A stretch of DNA of 44,661 nt from a virus. Lineage: Duplodnaviria > Caudoviricetes. Numbering within the stretch: position 1 is the first letter of the stretch; each line of letters begins with the position of its first letter. The notes under the pieces are model-generated. The model was not told where the DNA came from, did not search any database, and was given only the letters and a program-made list of their open reading frames with translations. The position numbers and the translations under genes were made by a program. Of the stretch, positions 20,278 to 29,087 are shown piece after piece. The stretch is taken from the IMG/VR virus record IMGVR_UViG_3300032116_018935, positions 1-44,661 of that record. The stretch is one strand, 5' to 3'.

Positions 20278-20661
20278 TTAATTTTTAGAAAAAACACCGA
20301 CCTGTTTGAATGTTGTAACCATTGCATCTATTGATGATCCAACAAGAATCATCAGAAATGTTTTGACGTACTTATGTATTATAGGCTCAATAAATAGCGG
20401 AACAAAGGGGATATCTATAACAACAAAAACGCTATTATAGAATTTATCTAATAAATCCATCGCTATAATTTTTTTATCTGGTCCTGAAATATCTTTAGCA
20501 TTAGCTTGTATGGTTTGGATCACACTAGCAATAGTTAGCTGTAAAATTTTCCAAACTTGAGATATAGCAACTTTTTTAATCTCTCCTAAAGCTTCTTTAG
20601 TTTGATTTATTAGATTTTCTAATTCTGGTTTTAGAAGTTGTTCTAGTTCTTGTATTGTCAT
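20278..20661 (-). CDS. Hypothetical protein
   Basis: Start MTIQELE with GAGG RBS; GPDKK...IDIPFVP motif; overlaps the upstream gene by 65 nt. Confidence 0.7.
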   Translation of the reverse strand: MTIQELEQLLKPELENLINQTKEALGEIKKVAISQVWKILQLTIASVIQTIQANAKDISGPDKKIIAMDLLDKFYNSVFVVIDIPFVPLFIEPIIHKYVKTFLMILVGSSIDAMVTTFKQVGVFSKN

Positions 20662-20950
20662 TTTCTGTACCTCTTTTGCGAACACTTTTTTTATTAGCTT
20701 CTTTTCTTTCAACTGGCGATGCTGTGCTCCACCAAATTTTCTTTATTTCATTTCTACCTTTGACATATCTAAATAATACTGTGAGCTGTCCAATAATTAA
20801 TACCACAGCTTCCAGTCCTTTGCTTGTTTCATTAATTAAATCTTCTTTTTGATTATTACTTTCTAATAATCCTAATAAATATAATCCGCTAAATAGAAAA
20901 CTAACTAGCGTAAACCAAAATTCACTGGTTCTGTAGCCTGGCTTAATCAT
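20597..20950 (-). CDS. Holin-like two-helix membrane protein
   Basis: KPGYRTSEFW N-terminus, two hydrophobic helices, highly basic C-terminal tail; GAGG RBS. Confidence 0.6.
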   Translation of the reverse strand: MIKPGYRTSEFWFTLVSFLFSGLYLLGLLESNNQKEDLINETSKGLEAVVLIIGQLTVLFRYVKGRNEIKKIWWSTASPVERKEANKKSVRKRGTENDNTRTRTTSKTRIRKSNKSN

Positions 20951-20971
20951 ATTAATTACCTCACAATAAAG

Positions 20972-21508
20972 TTATACCAAATCCCAAACGACAGTATCTC
21001 CTAAATACACCCTATTAACAGATATATTATTTAATTTTAAAGATCCTGGAATAGAGGATCCAAATTTTAATTTTTGTGTTGATATTAAATTGTTTCCGCT
21101 ACTATCAAACAATTGTATATTATCTCCAGTAGCAATATTTATAGTCTTAAAACTATCTGTTTTAATTGAATACTGAGTAGATCCACCAGAATTATCATTA
21201 GTAGATAAAATTAAACTATATTGTCCAGCTATTAATTCATAATTAAAATTAAATGTTACATTACTGAACGTTGTAGAAAAAGATGTATAAGGTACAAAAA
21301 GCGACAGCAACTCTGATCCTGAACCATTAAGTCCAGAAAAAATCTTTGCCGTTACCCCGTCTGACGATGACGATCCTCTTTTCATACTAAAAATTCCGTC
21401 ACCAATAGTATATTTTCCGTTGAGTGTAAAATTAAAAGCTCTACTATTTCCAGAAGATATTGGATTATTTGCTCCATTGATATCAGTGGTAAAATTAACA
21501 GTTGGCAT
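20972..21508 (-). CDS. Putative virion/fibre-associated beta-sandwich protein
   Basis: Ser/Gly/Thr-rich; ends in LKLNNISVNRVYLGDTVVW, a motif common in phage fibre-associated proteins. Confidence 0.6.
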   Translation of the reverse strand: MPTVNFTTDINGANNPISSGNSRAFNFTLNGKYTIGDGIFSMKRGSSSSDGVTAKIFSGLNGSGSELLSLFVPYTSFSTTFSNVTFNFNYELIAGQYSLILSTNDNSGGSTQYSIKTDSFKTINIATGDNIQLFDSSGNNLISTQKLKFGSSIPGSLKLNNISVNRVYLGDTVVWDLV

Positions 21509-21510
21509 AA

Positions 21511-23049
21511 TTATACTATTACGTAAAGAGTATTAGGATCGATACTAGATAAATTATTATAATCTGTTTGACTAATTTTAACTAAATTAGAAACAGCAAT
21601 AGCGCCCGATATACCTACAGTATTACTGAAAACTGCTTTATTATTATTTTCCCATAATGATGTTCCACTATTATAAACTAGCACATCATTATTTTGAATA
21701 CTATTAATTTTGACATTATGTAATTCTTCTAGTTCATAGCCGTTTTGGATTCTAACTTCAACTATGCCTTCATTTTGATGTGTTCTAACTATTGTTCCAA
21801 CATATACAGCATGATTAGGTGCGGATGGTTTAGTGGTTGTAACTCCGCCAGGAGTGGTAGGACTCAACCACAAAGAAACCCCATTAACATTTCCTGTCGG
21901 GGCAGTAGGATTGAATTGATCGGTATTTAATCCACTCAATGCTCCCAGTACAACAACCGGTCCAATACTCATGTGGTCGATATTTGTGGCTGTTATACCA
22001 TAAGTTTTACTACTAGTATATTCACCACTTGCTACTGCTAAATTAATTGTTGGATTATCTCCATGTCCACCATTTATATAAACAACACTAAATTTAGGAA
22101 TAGAACTACCAGTTTCATTAAACGCATTTGTCTTTATTACAGAAGCTTCACCGACGAAAGCTGATGTTTGTATGGTTCCATCAGAAAAAATTAATCCTGA
22201 TGAATTAATTTCCATGTTATCTATACCAGAACCAGGAAATTCTATAGCAGAGTCGCAAATTATATTTGCTAATGTTTCACCATTATTGTAAGTATTTTTT
22301 AGTCTTCCTCCTTGCCAATTTAATTCATAACCTACAACACAATTTAAACTAATACCATTGCTTCCTCCAGTGCCATTATCAAATGTTCCAACAGCAACTG
22401 TAGAATTATTTGGAAAGATTACCGCTCCATCGTTATTAAATTGCCATTCTTTGATTCCACCACCGGTTCTTATATAAACTACTCCACTTCCAATAGGACT
22501 AGTACCGGCAGTAATGCTAACATTTCCACCCTGTTCTGAGGAATTGCCAGCGTTAATACTGACATTTCCTCCTTGATTAAATCCATTACCAGCATCTATA
22601 TTTACATATCCACCATAACCAGATTCATTGCTATCAGCATCTCCAGCATATATTTTGATGTCTCCACCATTAATATCACTGTCTCCGCCCCACAAATAAA
22701 CATCACCACCTTCTCCGCCTTGTCCTCTTTGTCCTTGAATTATTATTCTTTGAGAATTATTGCCTGATGTTGGAGTTGGTCCGGTAATGACAGATTGATA
22801 ATCACCATTGATAAACTGAAAAACTTCAGCAGTTTGATTTCCTCCATTATGAAGATCAATACCTGTAATAGATGTTGCTAATCCTATTGATCCTGATATT
22901 GAAACAACTCCGATAGCATCTATTAATTCATTTAAGGATATTTGTTTTGTCACTCCATCGTTGGATGGATTATCCATAAATAATAAAACATCATCACCAC
23001 TTAAATTTCCGCTACCGTCTGGAAGCTGATTGATTCTTATTATACTCAT
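21511..23049 (-). CDS. Putative tail fibre protein
   Basis: IRINQLP N-terminus, GGxVxIxAG repeats, LIFSDGTIQTSA, QNGYELEELHNV...DVLVYN, C-terminal ISQTDYNNL...NTLYVIV. Confidence 0.75.
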   Translation of the reverse strand: MSIIRINQLPDGSGNLSGDDVLLFMDNPSNDGVTKQISLNELIDAIGVVSISGSIGLATSITGIDLHNGGNQTAEVFQFINGDYQSVITGPTPTSGNNSQRIIIQGQRGQGGEGGDVYLWGGDSDINGGDIKIYAGDADSNESGYGGYVNIDAGNGFNQGGNVSINAGNSSEQGGNVSITAGTSPIGSGVVYIRTGGGIKEWQFNNDGAVIFPNNSTVAVGTFDNGTGGSNGISLNCVVGYELNWQGGRLKNTYNNGETLANIICDSAIEFPGSGIDNMEINSSGLIFSDGTIQTSAFVGEASVIKTNAFNETGSSIPKFSVVYINGGHGDNPTINLAVASGEYTSSKTYGITATNIDHMSIGPVVVLGALSGLNTDQFNPTAPTGNVNGVSLWLSPTTPGGVTTTKPSAPNHAVYVGTIVRTHQNEGIVEVRIQNGYELEELHNVKINSIQNNDVLVYNSGTSLWENNNKAVFSNTVGISGAIAVSNLVKISQTDYNNLSSIDPNTLYVIV

Positions 23050-23051
23050 AT

Positions 23052-23276
23052 TTATGATCCAATTATACTATTATTGCCAATACCATAATAATAGCTTGGG
23101 TCGTCAAATCTATTATCGAATTTACTTTCGATAGTAGCAAGAGATGGAGTATTTTTAACATATCTATCATAAACTATAGTGCCTTCTGCTGGAAAACCTG
23201 TTCTTCCGCAAGTAACCACCATAGTACCATTTTTAATTGGTTGATCTAATTTAGCTAGAGTGATATCAGTTGCCAT
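23052..23276 (-). CDS. Hypothetical protein
   Basis: AGGAG RBS; operonic spacing. Confidence 0.75.
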   Translation of the reverse strand: MATDITLAKLDQPIKNGTMVVTCGRTGFPAEGTIVYDRYVKNTPSLATIESKFDNRFDDPSYYYGIGNNSIIGS

Positions 23277-23297
23277 TATTATCTCCTTAATAATTTA

Positions 23298-23618
23298 TTA
23301 AGATCTTTCTATTCTCTCTTCAAGAGCTTCTAGTGTTTTGCCGAGTGTAGCTATTTGAACTTTGAGTTCGTTCATTACTTCTGTGTTTCTTTGTAACATA
23401 GAAGTTAGAGCGGCTTGTGTCTCTTTATTAGTAGCTAGTCTTTCCATTATAAATTGTCTATCTTGTAGATATGGAGATTTTGATTCTATCATATCCGCCA
23501 CTTCTGCTTTGGTTGCCATATTTTTACCTATGGAGATCCAAAATCCAAGCATCGTAACAATTATTCCAATACTTGTTGTAGCTATATTTTCCCAAAAATG
23601 TATAATAGTTTCTCCCAT
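23298..23618 (-). CDS. Membrane-anchored coiled-coil protein
   Basis: Start MGETII (the longer track start runs into a terminator); one hydrophobic helix then heptad-like C-terminus. Confidence 0.75.
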   Translation of the reverse strand: MGETIIHFWENIATTSIGIIVTMLGFWISIGKNMATKAEVADMIESKSPYLQDRQFIMERLATNKETQAALTSMLQRNTEVMNELKVQIATLGKTLEALEERIERS

Positions 23619-23665
23619 ATTTAACCCTTTATAGTAAGAAATACTGTCGTTTATATATACACTAA

Positions 23666-23700
23666 ATAAAAAAGCCAGCAATACTATTGTATTACCGGCT
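23666..23700 (-). terminator. Rho-independent terminator
   Basis: AGCCGGTAATAC-AATA-GTATTGCTGGCT hairpin followed by TTTTTATTT. Confidence 0.8.
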
Positions 23701-23730
23701 TAATTATTTTAAATTTAATCAGACCAGCTA

Positions 23731-24282
23731 TCAGCCATCTGTTTTTGGCTTATAGTCATTATCAGAGACAGGAACTGGATTACCAAGTTTATAGGTTAGT
23801 TGACCTGGTTCTCCTCTTGTTGGGGTAGCGGCTGTATCTGTTGCTAAAGTATCTACAGCAACAACAGGATATCCTGCATCCCATGTGTTTGTATATCTAT
23901 TGTACTTATTGGCCCTAATAGCGCTTGTTAGTCTACGAGTTCTCAATACTTCAAGTTTATGAATACTTCTGATTTGACCAGGAACATCGGCTCCGTTTTT
24001 CAATGCACTGCTGGAAACACCAGCAATTGTGGTTGAACTGCGTTGAGCAACTGGTTTACTATTGTTGTATGCAAAAGCACCACCACTTACTGCTTTATCA
24101 GCCCAATCATTGTCTATAACTGTTGATGCAAAAACTGTTGTATTATATCTGCTGACACCCACATTCGTAAGTTTGACAGATGAGCCAGAGCGGGTGGCAA
24201 CGCCCCTATTGTTAACTGCGCCACTATTTTTTGTATTTGGAGGAACTGAGTAATCTGTACCATTTACTTTTGCTGTAGCCAT
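23731..24282 (-). CDS. Hypothetical protein, probably an abundant virion component
   Basis: GGAG RBS, Ala/Ser/Thr/Gly-rich, own upstream TATAAT and own terminator. Confidence 0.7.
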   Translation of the reverse strand: MATAKVNGTDYSVPPNTKNSGAVNNRGVATRSGSSVKLTNVGVSRYNTTVFASTVIDNDWADKAVSGGAFAYNNSKPVAQRSSTTIAGVSSSALKNGADVPGQIRSIHKLEVLRTRRLTSAIRANKYNRYTNTWDAGYPVVAVDTLATDTAATPTRGEPGQLTYKLGNPVPVSDNDYKPKTDG

Positions 24283-24335
24283 TTTTTTCTCCATATGAAA
24301 GGGTGAACAAATTATTATACCCTAAAAATAAAAAA

Positions 24336-24983
24336 TTATCTATTTTCTTGCAAAAGTTTTAGAGCATTGATCGAATTGACCTTAATTCCATAAGGGTTAG
24401 TTTTTTGAATATTATGAACTTGGCCAGTATTCCAGACATTGCCATTACAAATAATATTGATCTGAGGAACTTTTTTATTTATAAGGGCAGCGGCAAGTAT
24501 GTTGTCATTAATATCATCTAATAAATATCCAGTAGATGGATATATTGTTTTAATATTATTAACTAGAAATATTTGTGCTACTTTATATAGAAGTTCATAT
24601 GTAAACAGTCTATATTCTAAAATATATCGTAATTCTACATTATTTTTAATACATAAATCTTGAGTGTGTTTGATTTCATCTCTAAATTTTTCGTATTTGC
24701 GATTGCAAAAATAATACGGTTGAGCTACAACATTTATAATATTTGCACCACTTTTTATTGCAGACTCGATAGAGAAGAGTCTGGTCTTTGTATCAGATAC
24801 TCCTAGAGGATAATCTATTGGAGTAGATATTTTAATGTTTTCTGATAAAGAATTTCTGACCAATTTGATATGATGCAAAAAAACACAGATCGCATCAATT
24901 TTTTGTAAAGATGTATCTTTTAATATTTCTTTTAGCTCATCATCTGATGTTGCAAGATCATAGAAAGAGAATTCTGTTATCAT
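24336..24983 (-). CDS. Deoxyribose-phosphate aldolase (DeoC)-like TIM barrel, catalytic lysines not conserved
   Basis: STPIDYPLG, AIKSGANIINVV, LRYILE, IYPSTG follow the DeoC motif order. Confidence 0.75.
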   Translation of the reverse strand: MITEFSFYDLATSDDELKEILKDTSLQKIDAICVFLHHIKLVRNSLSENIKISTPIDYPLGVSDTKTRLFSIESAIKSGANIINVVAQPYYFCNRKYEKFRDEIKHTQDLCIKNNVELRYILEYRLFTYELLYKVAQIFLVNNIKTIYPSTGYLLDDINDNILAAALINKKVPQINIICNGNVWNTGQVHNIQKTNPYGIKVNSINALKLLQENR

Positions 24984-25669
24984 TTAAATTTTTTGTATGA
25001 TTTTAGATGTTCGATGCTAGGGAACGCTTTACTTCCTAATACACCATCTGCGAATCCATAATTTACTGATTCATCAGCGTTTAGGATCCAATCACATTTG
25101 TTGGCCAACTGAGAAACTATATGTTTTCTGGCCATCATTCTTTTCCAATTTTTTTCTTTGGCTAAATGACCAGTCATACATTTATCAGTAAAGATATCAA
25201 TCATTTTGTCGCACTCTCTTTCGTTCCACTGAATGCTACTGGCTGCTGCTTTGGAGTGTTCTTCATTTATACTAAATGAACCATAATGTATCAGAACATT
25301 AGTATTTGGCATTAATATCCTAAGATCAGCAGATTGAAAGATAACACTGCTCGCTGATTCAACACTACCATATGCAAGAATAATAGTTTTGGATTTAGAA
25401 AATTTGATTGCATCATAAATACCTAAACAATCTGACCACATACCACCAGGAAGATGCATATGTATAAGTATCGGATCATTGGATACTGTATTTAAATATC
25501 TAAGATTTTTTTCAAATGTTGTAGCTACTCTATACTCTACACCGGCCTCATCAGATGAGTCTATGTGAGAATGTAAATATATATCTCTATTTTTTGAGTC
25601 TAAATTAAAAGTATGAATAGTATATAATTCTGTATCATTATTAAGAATATTACTGTTGTTGACCATCAT
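24980..25669 (-). CDS. clpP: ClpP-family (S14) serine protease
   Basis: RDIYL, HLPGG, IYDAI, ESASSVI (Ser), LIHYG (His), DWILNADESVNYGFAD (Asp). Confidence 0.85.
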   Translation of the reverse strand: MMVNNSNILNNDTELYTIHTFNLDSKNRDIYLHSHIDSSDEAGVEYRVATTFEKNLRYLNTVSNDPILIHMHLPGGMWSDCLGIYDAIKFSKSKTIILAYGSVESASSVIFQSADLRILMPNTNVLIHYGSFSINEEHSKAAASSIQWNERECDKMIDIFTDKCMTGHLAKEKNWKRMMARKHIVSQLANKCDWILNADESVNYGFADGVLGSKAFPSIEHLKSYKKFK

Positions 25670-25673
25670 GGTG

Positions 25674-26102
25674 TTATCCTAAAAATTCGTATACACTATC
25701 ATTTATTTGTTTCATGACCGTAGGAGCGTCAAAAGCTTTCCCAACACTTATTCTAAATCTATATCTAGTAAATATATCAAGCGTTTCGACACCATCTACA
25801 TTTTCAATTATTTCACCAATTTTATTTGATATAGTAAAATTTGTGTGTCCAACCCAAAAATTAAAAATTTTACTTGATGCAGTATTTTCTGTATATGGTA
25901 TTAAACCCATGGGAGTTGCTATTGCTCTAACAGGTTTTTTTAATAGGGGGTTCTCTTCATCTATTTCCATATCGTGATCCATGTCATCATCATCCAAATG
26001 ATCGTTTTGCATATTATCTGATATGCTTGGATCATCGTCACCAAACGGATCAAACCATTTTTGCCAAATTATCAATCTATCTTCGTTATAAACGTTTTGC
26101 AT
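25674..26102 (-). CDS. Hypothetical protein
   Basis: Acidic linker; FNFWVGHTNF and GVETLDIFTRYRFRISVGK; operonic. Confidence 0.75.
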   Translation of the reverse strand: MQNVYNEDRLIIWQKWFDPFGDDDPSISDNMQNDHLDDDDMDHDMEIDEENPLLKKPVRAIATPMGLIPYTENTASSKIFNFWVGHTNFTISNKIGEIIENVDGVETLDIFTRYRFRISVGKAFDAPTVMKQINDSVYEFLG

Positions 26103-26103
26103 A

Positions 26104-26493
26104 TTATTTTGGTGCTGTGCTATGTTTGAATACCATAAGTGGTCTGACGGATGGTTCTGAATGTTTTTTCTGTAGATCCAATAATTTTGCCCAATTCTTT
26201 AATATAGTATTAACAAATAAATAATCATTGGGATTATTTTCATTAATTAAACTATCTAATGTTTTTAGTATTTCACTATTAAAAAATCCAGAAGTAATCA
26301 TAAAAATTAATGAAGCATACTCTTGCGAAACGTAGTCCATACTATCGGTATTTTTATCATTAAAATCTGGCCAATAACAAACTATGTTGACTGTGCTATC
26401 AGCATTAAGTTCAAAATTAATGCTGCACATTGGAGTACTTTCTGGCTTTTGTGCTTTAAGGGGTTCTTGTTTTTTGAAAAATTTTTTAAACAT
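26104..26493 (-). CDS. Hypothetical protein
   Basis: Operonic ORF with overlapping start/stop. Confidence 0.7.
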   Translation of the reverse strand: MFKKFFKKQEPLKAQKPESTPMCSINFELNADSTVNIVCYWPDFNDKNTDSMDYVSQEYASLIFMITSGFFNSEILKTLDSLINENNPNDYLFVNTILKNWAKLLDLQKKHSEPSVRPLMVFKHSTAPK

Positions 26494-26830
26494 ATCTTAT
26501 GGCCTTTTGAACCAGAGTGTCGGTGCATATCATATTATAGGGCATATAATGAGCTTTTACAAGTTTATTATCTATCGGAAGTATGCATACATATCTTATA
26601 TTAATACATGATTCTTTTTTTTCTATATCTAATATTAGAGGATTAATTAATTGAGGATTAGTTGTAGTATATTCATCAATCAAGTCAAAAATATAATCAG
26701 ATATATGATAGTTATCAGATTCATTCATTTCTTTATGCAGTGGAAGAAAAGTAGAATTAGATAAAGAAACTAAACATATATTACTATTTATATATTGTAT
26801 ACAATATAAAAATACGTTACAATTAAACAT
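26486..26830 (-). CDS. Hypothetical protein
   Basis: Operonic ORF with 8-nt overlaps on both sides. Confidence 0.65.
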   Translation of the reverse strand: MFNCNVFLYCIQYINSNICLVSLSNSTFLPLHKEMNESDNYHISDYIFDLIDEYTTTNPQLINPLILDIEKKESCINIRYVCILPIDNKLVKAHYMPYNMICTDTLVQKAIRYV

Positions 26831-27407
26831 ACTCTCTGATCTTTGATAATCCTTTTTGGATATTTTGTCTAACTGCTTCTCTAGTTACTCCATATTGTTT
26901 TCCAATTTCTGATAATGTTTTATCATTGAAATAGTATTCTTTAATCTGTTCTCTTTGTTTTTCAGATATCAGACCGGAAGACAAAAGGATATTTATCTCA
27001 TTTGCTATATTTTCTTTTTGTTCTTTATTCTCAGCAATAATCGCAGGATCATACTCTAGATTATCTGGAATATTTTCTGAAAACGTTGCTCCACTTTCAT
27101 TTTCAGTATTATCAATAGAATATTTCTGACTACTCTTTTTATATTTATTCGTGAGATATGTTTTTATAGCCCATATACCACATTGATTTCTATAAGAATA
27201 CTTAGATTTTCCTTTGCCGTCAAACCCTTTTCTATTGGCATCCCATCTCCAATCAGCGAACATTAATGCTGATGCGATATCAGCAATAGCATCCTCATTA
27301 TTCAATAATTCTTTTCTCAGAGATGAATAAAAATTAGGGGCAAATTTAGATATAATTTTTTTTGCTAATACTATATATGCAGACAAATCATCAAAATGTT
27401 TTTCCAT
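26823..27407 (-). CDS. Sigma70-family sigma factor-like protein (regions 2 and 4)
   Basis: C-terminal HTH KTLSEIGKQYGVTREAVRQ; divergent region 2 ADWRWD...YSYRNQCGIWAI; AGGA RBS. Confidence 0.8.
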   Translation of the reverse strand: MEKHFDDLSAYIVLAKKIISKFAPNFYSSLRKELLNNEDAIADIASALMFADWRWDANRKGFDGKGKSKYSYRNQCGIWAIKTYLTNKYKKSSQKYSIDNTENESGATFSENIPDNLEYDPAIIAENKEQKENIANEINILLSSGLISEKQREQIKEYYFNDKTLSEIGKQYGVTREAVRQNIQKGLSKIREYV

Positions 27408-27449
27408 TTTGTTCCTTTTCCTATTTTAAGTTCTTATTTCCTACTTAGT

Positions 27450-27923
27450 TTACTTTGTCAATTTTTTCCACGTACTTGGATCTGGTCTATCCTTGTCTCC
27501 AGGCTTGGCTGGCTTATATTTTTCGCCCATCCTTTCTTTTTTCTTGCGAATATTTTCCCATAGTCCAGGTCTATCTGCCGCAGAGATACTATCGGCAGCC
27601 TCAGAGACATACATGATAAAATCATGAATCGTTCTCATGTAGTCCTCTGTGATGGCGATCTTACCCTGCAACCAGCTTTCTGTCAAGTTTTCTTTTATTT
27701 TTGGGTCGTCGATGGCATCTAAGATAGCCTGACTATGAGACATGATCGCTTTTAATGAACCTATATTCATTTGATAAAAATCATTTTTGTATTCCATGAG
27801 TTCAGTCTCTGGAGTCTCTACTTCGGTTTCTTCTATCTGTGTAAAATCCTCATCTTCGGCTTTTGATGTTTTTTCACTAAGAATTTTATTAATAGAATTT
27901 AAGATATCATTAATACGATCCAT
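27450..27923 (-). CDS. Hypothetical phage protein, possible internal head protein
   Basis: SWLQGKIAITEDY and PGLWENIRKKK modules seen in large-phage proteins. Confidence 0.7.
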   Translation of the reverse strand: MDRINDILNSINKILSEKTSKAEDEDFTQIEETEVETPETELMEYKNDFYQMNIGSLKAIMSHSQAILDAIDDPKIKENLTESWLQGKIAITEDYMRTIHDFIMYVSEAADSISAADRPGLWENIRKKKERMGEKYKPAKPGDKDRPDPSTWKKLTK

Positions 27924-27965
27924 AATAAGTACCTTTCAATATTTAAAAATTTATTTATTTTGAAT

Positions 27966-28541
27966 TTAAACCTGTAATGTCAAGAAATTATCTATACCCA
28001 TTTGTTCGATTAATTTTAGATAGCTTTCATATAGCTCTATGCCATCTTCACTACCTTGTAACAAAGGAATCATTATATTAGCAGTGATTTCATCCCCAAC
28101 TGCTCGTGCAGCAGTAATTGTTGCTTTTTCTGCTGCGGCTGCTTCTCTAACACTATTCAGATTATACTCAATCATAGCAACCATATTATGGCGTGTCCAT
28201 GATGGCGGACTCACTATTAATGGTTGATAATCAACATCAAAAAATTCTAATCTTTTTATATTTATAATAGCGTGTTGATGTTCTTCCTCTGCGTCTTTTC
28301 TGATAATCTCAGATAGTTTCTTGTAGCCCCAACGCTCAAGATGGATTGCTTGTGCGGATAATGCTGTTGTTTGTTGCCAATGAATATTCAAAGATTGTTT
28401 GAGTAATTCTATAACACTTGATGTAGTATATGTTTCTACTTCTTGTGCCTTGATTGTTTCTTGTGTATTGGTTGTTTCTTCTGTAGGATTAACTGTTATT
28501 GTTATTTCTTGTGATTCAATGAGTTTTTCTATTGATTGCAT
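27966..28541 (-). CDS. Bacterioferritin-like protein with acidic N-terminal extension
   Basis: RWGYKKL, EEEHQHA...RLEFFD, GDEIT, LIEQMGIDNFL match Bfr; start MQSIEK with AGGA RBS. Confidence 0.8.
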   Translation of the reverse strand: MQSIEKLIESQEITITVNPTEETTNTQETIKAQEVETYTTSSVIELLKQSLNIHWQQTTALSAQAIHLERWGYKKLSEIIRKDAEEEHQHAIINIKRLEFFDVDYQPLIVSPPSWTRHNMVAMIEYNLNSVREAAAAEKATITAARAVGDEITANIMIPLLQGSEDGIELYESYLKLIEQMGIDNFLTLQV

Positions 28542-28561
28542 TTTAATTCCTTTTATATAAT

Positions 28562-29077
28562 TTACCACGCTTTGCAAGACCAATATCTTGCTTTCCATTT
28601 TGGACCAGGATTATCACAATTATGTCTTGCTCTGAAACTTTTACGACGCTCAGGAATATTTTTCTTTATTTTCATGTTTGGGTCGCCAAAGTTTACTTTA
28701 ACAATATTTCCTTTGTCATTTTTGACATAAACACTGAATTTTTTGGGTCCATCTGGAGTTCTAAATGGTTTATTTAAGGTTACTTTCCTACCATTTTTTT
28801 CTGCTGCTACAATTTTGTCATCTTCATCATAAACTACATCAGCTTCTATTTCCCATATAAATTCATTCCATTCATCGTCCCAGCTGCAATTAGCTGCTAA
28901 TAATTCATCATGAACATCTTCTATTAATGAAGATTTTGTATTTTTTTTACTTTGGCCCAAACAAATAGCAACTCTTTGCTTAGGATCAGGGTAATCCTTT
29001 TTCATTACTTCGTCGCCCATGCAGCGACCTACAAACTTTTGTTTATCTTCGTCTTTATGTCTTGATGGTATTGGCAT
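28562..29077 (-). CDS. Conserved phage protein (DUF6321-like C-terminal domain)
   Basis: KVTLNKPFRT...KKFSVYVK...VNFGDP...RRKSFRARHNC...ARYWSC; AGGAG RBS. Confidence 0.75.
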   Translation of the reverse strand: MPIPSRHKDEDKQKFVGRCMGDEVMKKDYPDPKQRVAICLGQSKKNTKSSLIEDVHDELLAANCSWDDEWNEFIWEIEADVVYDEDDKIVAAEKNGRKVTLNKPFRTPDGPKKFSVYVKNDKGNIVKVNFGDPNMKIKKNIPERRKSFRARHNCDNPGPKWKARYWSCKAW

Positions 29078-29087
29078 ATAGTGTCTC

